A stretch of DNA of 63,144 nucleotides, counting the filler. It is 7 parts of 7 records of this genome, joined end to end, with 100 filler letters (N's around TTAATTAATTAA, not from the genome) between each part and the next. Parts side by side here need not be neighbours in the genome. Positions count along the whole stretch, not along the records: positions 55,979 to 63,144 come from SRR31156797_8023; 6 more parts are not named here. One strand, 5' to 3'. The notes below the pieces were generated by a model. It saw only the letters and a list, made by a program, of their open reading frames with translations. It ran no database searches and had not been told where the DNA came from. The position numbers and the translations under genes were made by a program. Within the stretch, counting starts at the first letter, position 1. Each line of letters starts with the position of its first letter. Shown here piece by piece: positions 58,032 through 63,144 of this stretch.

Positions 58032-58805
58032 TTATTTGTGGAAACCTAAATCGGACGGATTGATGTCACCTGAAACATGCTCGATTTTTCCGCCCATATC
58101 TTCAAACTGTTTTCTTAATAAAACAACTTTATCTATTAATTCAACAGTATCTTTATTTAACTCTTTTTTCTTAGCATAACCTTTTGACCAATATTCGATA
58201 ATTAATTTACTATCACCAAAAATTTTAGTTTGTTTTTCTGATAGAGCAATATTCATTGCAATGTAGATTCCTAACAGTTCACCAAAGTTATTGGTACTCC
58301 CCTCTTTCGTCAGGAAGTTTCCATATGGGTTAATCTTATCACTTGATAAGAATTTATCTAGAATACTTTTCCCAAGTTTATTAGTGACTCTAACTTCTAC
58401 TCCGATTCCTCTTCCGGTACCTGCATCAAAGTATATGCCGTCAGGAAGATTAGCTTGAAGTTCCTGTTTAGTAATATATCTTCCTCCTTCTTTGATCCAG
58501 TTTTCAGCTTCAGCTTTAGTTTTAAAAGATTTATATGATGCTTTTCTATTTTTAATTTTTTCTTGGCAGTCATTCCACGTTAAGCAAATTCCACCTCTAT
58601 TTTCATTTTGAAAATAATAAGCATAAAACTTTCCGGTTTTGGCTTTATACTCAGCTCCGGAATTAAGCCAGTCTTCAGCTTCTCCCTTAGTTTTAAAAGA
58701 TTTATATTTTGCTTTTTTACCTTTTACAATTTGTTGGCATTTCCCCCAATCAGTTACAATTCCTGATTCGTTATTACTCTCTATTAAATAGGCATAAAAT
58801 TTCAT
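58032..58805 (-). CDS. rnhA: Ribonuclease HI with two N-terminal hybrid-binding (caulimovirus VI/viroplasmin) domains
   Basis: Two KFYAY...W..C...YKSFKTK.EAE.W repeats; YFDAG, TNNFGEL and GDS catalytic motifs; AAGGAG SD before ATG 58805. Confidence 0.85.
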   Translation of the reverse strand: MKFYAYLIESNNESGIVTDWGKCQQIVKGKKAKYKSFKTKGEAEDWLNSGAEYKAKTGKFYAYYFQNENRGGICLTWNDCQEKIKNRKASYKSFKTKAEAENWIKEGGRYITKQELQANLPDGIYFDAGTGRGIGVEVRVTNKLGKSILDKFLSSDKINPYGNFLTKEGSTNNFGELLGIYIAMNIALSEKQTKIFGDSKLIIEYWSKGYAKKKELNKDTVELIDKVVLLRKQFEDMGGKIEHVSGDINPSDLGFHK

Positions 58806-59067
58806 AAATATCTCCTTGTATATTTTTAAGTCAAAACGAAACAATTTGACTTTGCTCAAAAAAAGTTATCAAATTTATTCATGACTTTATATAGTTAATC
58901 TTAAGTAGTTATTTTTATATGTTTCAAATAAGCTTGAATTAAAATTAATTTACGCGTATAATTATAACATATTACATAAGAAAAAATAAGTGAAATTAAC
59001 TTGATGTTGATTTTAAAAGGTTTACCGAAAATACATTTGTCAAGTACTTTAAATTTACAAAAAATGC

Positions 59068-59096
59068 TTGAAAAATTATCGTAAATGTGTTAGAAT
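59068..59096 (+). promoter_or_regulatory. sigma70 promoter of rpmE
   Basis: TTGAAA-17 nt-TAGAAT with extended -10 TG. Confidence 0.7.
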
Positions 59097-59140
59097 GTTT
59101 TTCGGATTATAAAGAAATTGAAATGAGAGGTGAAATATAA

Positions 59141-59344
59141 ATGAAAGCAGGAATTCATCCAGATTACAAAACAATTAAAGTAGAATGTTCATGTGGTAAT
59201 GAATTTGAAACTAAATCAACTTACTCTAAAGGAGATTTAAAAGTTGGTGTTTGTTCAAACTGTCACCCATTCTACACTGGAAAAGCTAAATTCGTTGATC
59301 AAACTGGTAGAGTTGACAAATTCAAGAAAAAATACGGTCTTTAA
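59141..59344 (+). CDS. rpmE: 50S ribosomal protein L31 (Zn-binding form)
   Basis: [12 protein letters not shown]...[16 protein letters not shown]. Confidence 0.97.
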   Translation: MKAGIHPDYKTIKVECSCGNEFETKSTYSKGDLKVGVCSNCHPFYTGKAKFVDQTGRVDKFKKKYGL

Positions 59345-59345
59345 T

Positions 59346-59379
59346 AAAAAAAACAGAGCCAGTTGGTTCTGTTTTTTTT
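59346..59379 (+). terminator. Intrinsic terminator
   Basis: A8-CAGAGCCA / TGGTTCTG-T8. Confidence 0.8.
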
Positions 59380-59430
59380 GTAAAATAATATATAGAAATT
59401 AAAAAAATATAAATTTGGGAGTGATAAAGA

Positions 59431-60054
59431 GTGTCAGTAATTGAAATGAATCATCCATTAATTCAACATAAGTTATCATACTTAAGAAATAAGGATACAG
59501 ATACAAAAGTATTTAGAGAAACATTAAATGAAATAGCAGGTCTAATGACATATGAAGCGACTAAAGATCTTAAACTAAAAGAGATCGAAACAGAAACACC
59601 GATAATGAAAACAACAACAAAAGTTCTAGCAGATCCAGTTTGCATAGTACCAATTTTAAGAGCAGGTCTTGGAATGGTAGAGGGATTAGTTACTTTTATT
59701 CCTACTGCAAAAGTTGGTCACATAGGAGTTTATAGAGATGAAGAAACTCTTGAACCGGTATATTACTACTGTAAATTACCAACTGATATTGCTTCAAGTA
59801 AAGTTCTTTTAGTTGATCCAATGTTAGCAACTGGAGGATCAGCAATTTATGCAATTGATTATTTAAAAGAAAGAGGAGTAACAGACATCTCTTTCCTTTG
59901 TATAATTGCGGCACCTGAAGGAATTGAAAAAGTTAAAGAGAAGCATCCTGATATTGATATTTATGCAGCATGTATTGATGAAAAATTAAATGAAAAATCA
60001 TATATTATTCCTGGTCTTGGTGATGCAGGGGATAGAATATTTGGAACAAAATAG
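59431..60054 (+). CDS. upp: Uracil phosphoribosyltransferase
   Basis: [40 protein letters not shown]. Confidence 0.97.
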   Translation: MSVIEMNHPLIQHKLSYLRNKDTDTKVFRETLNEIAGLMTYEATKDLKLKEIETETPIMKTTTKVLADPVCIVPILRAGLGMVEGLVTFIPTAKVGHIGVYRDEETLEPVYYYCKLPTDIASSKVLLVDPMLATGGSAIYAIDYLKERGVTDISFLCIIAAPEGIEKVKEKHPDIDIYAACIDEKLNEKSYIIPGLGDAGDRIFGTK

Positions 60055-60064
60055 TATAAAAATT

Positions 60065-60094
60065 AAAACTCCCGAATTAAAGGGAGTTTTTTTT
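60065..60094 (+). terminator. Intrinsic terminator
   Basis: AAAACTCCC / GGGAGTTTT stem plus T-tract. Confidence 0.8.
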
Positions 60095-60262
60095 ATGCAC
60101 TTTTTGATAAAATACTACAAAAAACAGAAAAAAGTTATTGAAATAAAGAAAGATAATACTTTACAAACCGTGTAGTTTATGTATATAATATAAGAAAATT
60201 ATTTTTGATATTTTTGAAAATGAGGTTATAATATAATTTATACCTTGAAAAGGAGAATACTT

Positions 60263-61423
60263 ATGGAGTTAAAGTTTAATAATTTAGGTGAATCGAATAG
60301 TTTCCTTAATATCGTATTAAATAACATGAACTCAGCATTGTTTATGGCAGACAAAGAGATGCGGATTACTAACTTTAATGATGAATTCTGTAGTGTGTTT
60401 AAAAAAGAAGAGAAAGACATCCTTAATAATTATTGCGGTAATGTTATGGGGTGTATGTTTGCTGTTGCTGAAAACGTTGATTGTGGAAAATCATCAGCAT
60501 GTGATAAGTGTCCTCTAAGAAATACAATAATAAAATCATTTGAAGACAAAGAGCATATAAAAAAAGTAGAGATGAGCCGGGAAGTATTTATTCAAGATGA
60601 AAGAGTGGAAAAATATTTTTCTATGTCTACTAAGTATATAAGTTATAATGACAAAGAAAATGTATTGGTTATATTAGATGATGTAACCGATTATATTATT
60701 GCCAGAAGAAGACTTGAAGAGTTAAATGATATAAAAACTAAATATATGAGTATATTAGCTCATGATCTACGGACTCCACTTACAAGTATAATTGGTTTTT
60801 CTGATTTAGTATTTTATGAAAAATATTCGAAAAATTCTGAAATATTACAAAAACTGTTCCAGCAGATCAATAAATCCGGAAACTATATGTTAGATTTAGT
60901 GAATGATTTGCTTGATATTACGACTATTGAAAATGGTAGGTTGGAATTAAAGAGAACAAAACTTAAATATGTAAATTTTGCTTCTGAAGTAGTAACGACA
61001 CTTAAGCATTTTTCCAAGAAAAGGGAGATAAGGCTTACATTTAATTCAGAAGTAGAAGAGTTTACTATTAGTATAGATGAAAATAGAATTAGGCGAGTTA
61101 TGGAGAATTTAATAGGAAATGCAGTTAAGTTCTCACCAGAAGGCTCAACCATACATATAAATCTTAGAAAAGATACTGATGGTGTGATTACTGAGATTAT
61201 GGATGAGGGACCAGGTGTGGATGAGGAGTATATTGAAAGTATCTTTCACCCCTATGTTAAAACAGGAGTAGTTCCTAAAAACGGAGAAAAAGGAACCGGT
61301 CTGGGACTTTCGATTTCAAAAAGCATAGTTGAGAAACATTATGGTGAAATTGGAATAGATAATAGTTATAAAAATGGAGCAAAATTTTATTTTAAACTAC
61401 CAGTAAATTGGAAACCGAATTAA
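60263..61423 (+). CDS. Cytoplasmic sensor histidine kinase with Cys-rich PAS-like domain
   Basis: AGGAG SD before ATG 60263; C-x9-CG-x4-C-x2-C; AHDLRTP, NLIGNAVKFS, DEGPG, GTGLGL. Confidence 0.9.
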   Translation: MELKFNNLGESNSFLNIVLNNMNSALFMADKEMRITNFNDEFCSVFKKEEKDILNNYCGNVMGCMFAVAENVDCGKSSACDKCPLRNTIIKSFEDKEHIKKVEMSREVFIQDERVEKYFSMSTKYISYNDKENVLVILDDVTDYIIARRRLEELNDIKTKYMSILAHDLRTPLTSIIGFSDLVFYEKYSKNSEILQKLFQQINKSGNYMLDLVNDLLDITTIENGRLELKRTKLKYVNFASEVVTTLKHFSKKREIRLTFNSEVEEFTISIDENRIRRVMENLIGNAVKFSPEGSTIHINLRKDTDGVITEIMDEGPGVDEEYIESIFHPYVKTGVVPKNGEKGTGLGLSISKSIVEKHYGEIGIDNSYKNGAKFYFKLPVNWKPN

Positions 61424-61457
61424 AGCGGTTTCCTTTCTTTTTTCTATATTACGAAAA

Positions 61458-61486
61458 TTGAATAAATATATAAAATATGTTATAAT
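61458..61486 (+). promoter_or_regulatory. sigma70 promoter of rfaE2-tsaE-tsaB
   Basis: TTGAAT-17 nt-TATAAT with extended -10 TG. Confidence 0.7.
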
Positions 61487-61522
61487 TTTTAAGCTAAACT
61501 TATAAAAATCAGGAGGCAAAAG

Positions 61523-61993
61523 ATGTCTGTATTATCGAGAAATGAAGCAGCTAATTTAATAAAGGAATTAAAAGGAAATGGGAAAAAAGTGGTTTTTACA
61601 AATGGATGTTTTGATATCCTGCATGTAGGACATTTGAGATATTTAAATCAAGCAAGAGAACTTGGGGATGTTTTATTCGTTGGTGTAAACTCAGATGCAT
61701 CTGTTAAGAGGTTAAAAGGAGAATCAAGACCGATTAATAACGAAGCGGATAGAGCAGAAATGCTTGCTGGTTTAGGAGCTGTTGACTACTCTGTTATATT
61801 TACAGAAGATACTCCTGTTGAGATTATAGATGAATTAAAGCCATCAATCCATGTAAAGGGCGGAGACTATAAAAAAGAGGAACTTCCGGAAACAGAAGTG
61901 GTTGAGAGAAATGGTGGAGAAGTAAAAATATTAATGTTAGTTCAAGGGAAATCTACAACTAATGTTGTTAAGAAAATACAAGGTGAAAAATAG
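61523..61993 (+). CDS. rfaE2: D-glycero-beta-D-manno-heptose 1-phosphate adenylyltransferase
   Basis: VFTNGCFDILHVGH, NSDASVKRLKG, VKGGDY, STT. Confidence 0.93.
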   Translation: MSVLSRNEAANLIKELKGNGKKVVFTNGCFDILHVGHLRYLNQARELGDVLFVGVNSDASVKRLKGESRPINNEADRAEMLAGLGAVDYSVIFTEDTPVEIIDELKPSIHVKGGDYKKEELPETEVVERNGGEVKILMLVQGKSTTNVVKKIQGEK

Positions 61994-61996
61994 GTT

Positions 61997-62461
61997 ATGA
62001 AAAAGTTACTAACTTTTAATGAATTAAGTAATTTAGCTGAGAAATTAGCTGAGAAAATAAAAAAAGATGATGTGTTAGCACTTGTTGGTGATCTGGGAAC
62101 AGGGAAAACAACTTTTGTAAAAAAACTTGCTAAAAAATTAGGTGTAGAGGGAAATATAAAAAGTCCGACTTTTACATATGTTATTGAATATAATGAAGTT
62201 AATCCTCCGATTTTTCACTTTGATGTTTATCGTATAGCTGATCCTGAAGAGATTTATGAAATTGGATTTGAAGATTATTTACACAATGGAGGAATTGTGA
62301 TAATCGAATGGGCTAATTTAATAGAGGATGAACTTCCTGAGGAGTATATCAAAATTGAAATTGAGCATCATGATGAAGAAAGCAGATATGTTAATATCTG
62401 TTTTGTAGGTAATCCTGAAAGAGAAAAGGAGATTTTAAATTATGTTAATTTTGGGAATTGA
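61997..62461 (+). CDS. tsaE: tRNA t6A biosynthesis ATPase TsaE
   Basis: GDLGTGKT, SPTF, HFDVYRI, IEW. Confidence 0.95.
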   Translation: MKKLLTFNELSNLAEKLAEKIKKDDVLALVGDLGTGKTTFVKKLAKKLGVEGNIKSPTFTYVIEYNEVNPPIFHFDVYRIADPEEIYEIGFEDYLHNGGIVIIEWANLIEDELPEEYIKIEIEHHDEESRYVNICFVGNPEREKEILNYVNFGN

Positions 62462-63125
62462 TACTTCCACTAAAAGTGGTAGTGTTGCACTTTATGATTC
62501 AAAAAAAGGGTTAATATCCGAGTTAAATATAAATATTAAACTAAATCACTCTAATACACTAATGAAAGCTGTAGATACTGTATTAAACTTTGCTGATTGT
62601 CAAATAGATGACTTAGCAAAAGTGGCAGTTTCGGTGGGACCAGGTTCTTTTACGGGAATAAGGGTAGGAGTAGGTGCAGCAAAAGGATTTTGTTATGGAA
62701 AAGAGATAGAGATAGTTGGAGTTAATGAACTTGATATTTTAGCTAATTCTGTCCCTTATACAGAGATGAGAATAGTATCTTTAATAGATGCGAGAAAAGG
62801 AAGAGTTTATTATTCAGATTATGTTTATGAGGATAATAAATTAAACAGGGTAAATGAGTATAAAGATGGAACTTTAAGTGAAATATTAGATGAATTTAAT
62901 GAAAGCCAATATATATTTGTGGGAGACGGAGCTTTAGAGTATGAAGAGTTAATTAGAGAAAAACTTGCAGAGAGAGCTTTTTTTCAGAAAAAAGCTAACA
63001 CTCAAGCTAAAGCCAGCGTACTTTGTGAAGTGGCTGTTGAGTTAGATGGAGAAAACTTATATCATTTAGAACCGTTTTATTTGAGTAAAACTCAGGCTGA
63101 AAGAATGAAAGAAAAATCTATATAA
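62442..63125 (+). CDS. tsaB: tRNA t6A biosynthesis protein TsaB
   Basis: ILGIDTS, GPGSFTGIRVG, DARKGRVY, LEPFY. Confidence 0.95.
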   Translation: MLILGIDTSTKSGSVALYDSKKGLISELNINIKLNHSNTLMKAVDTVLNFADCQIDDLAKVAVSVGPGSFTGIRVGVGAAKGFCYGKEIEIVGVNELDILANSVPYTEMRIVSLIDARKGRVYYSDYVYEDNKLNRVNEYKDGTLSEILDEFNESQYIFVGDGALEYEELIREKLAERAFFQKKANTQAKASVLCEVAVELDGENLYHLEPFYLSKTQAERMKEKSI

Positions 63126-63144
63126 ATTTTAATTAGTTTCTTAT

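Overview
The window is not one genomic locus. It is seven contigs joined by six artificial 100-nt spacers (44 N + TTAATTAATTAA + 44 N), so no gene neighbourhood should be read across them. Taxonomic guesses come from gene content and style only. (1) 1-15242, Desulfovibrionaceae-like: RND pump, PAP2 phosphatase, Cys-rich PAS histidine kinase, META lipoprotein, a stand-alone TrcP-like deaminase-domain protein, greA, HD-GYP, methyltransferase-TetR, and a three-gene split glutamate synthase. (2) 15343-24718, possibly FCB-group/Marinimicrobia-like: ECF sigma/anti-sigma with two Spy/CpxP-like genes, a REP doublet, fprA, mutS2, priA, trpR-trpB. (3) 24819-30132, AT-rich: a tRNA 3' end followed by an HgaI-like type IIS R-M operon, converging on an HUH rolling-circle Rep and an unannotated excisionase-like HTH gene; this looks like a small tRNA-integrated rolling-circle element carrying defence cargo. 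(4-6) 30233-55878, three Bacteroidales-like contigs: YdbS/T, hexokinase, PD-(D/E)xK-like ORF, nucleoside hydrolase, kinases, pbpC, an ECF operon, M1 peptidase, yidC, pyrG. (7) 55979-63144, Fusobacteriota-like: REC-DUF2225 fusion, yigZ, RNase HI, rpmE, upp, Cys-rich PAS kinase, rfaE2, tsaE, tsaB. Best leads: the integrated Rep/Xis/R-M element (its first methyltransferase seems to start at ATT), the stand-alone TrcP-type deaminase, a 123-bp palindromic element lying in-frame in the 5' end of pbpC, and a 4-Cys PAS motif shared by kinases from two unrelated contigs. All family calls are from motif recognition by eye; no searches were run.
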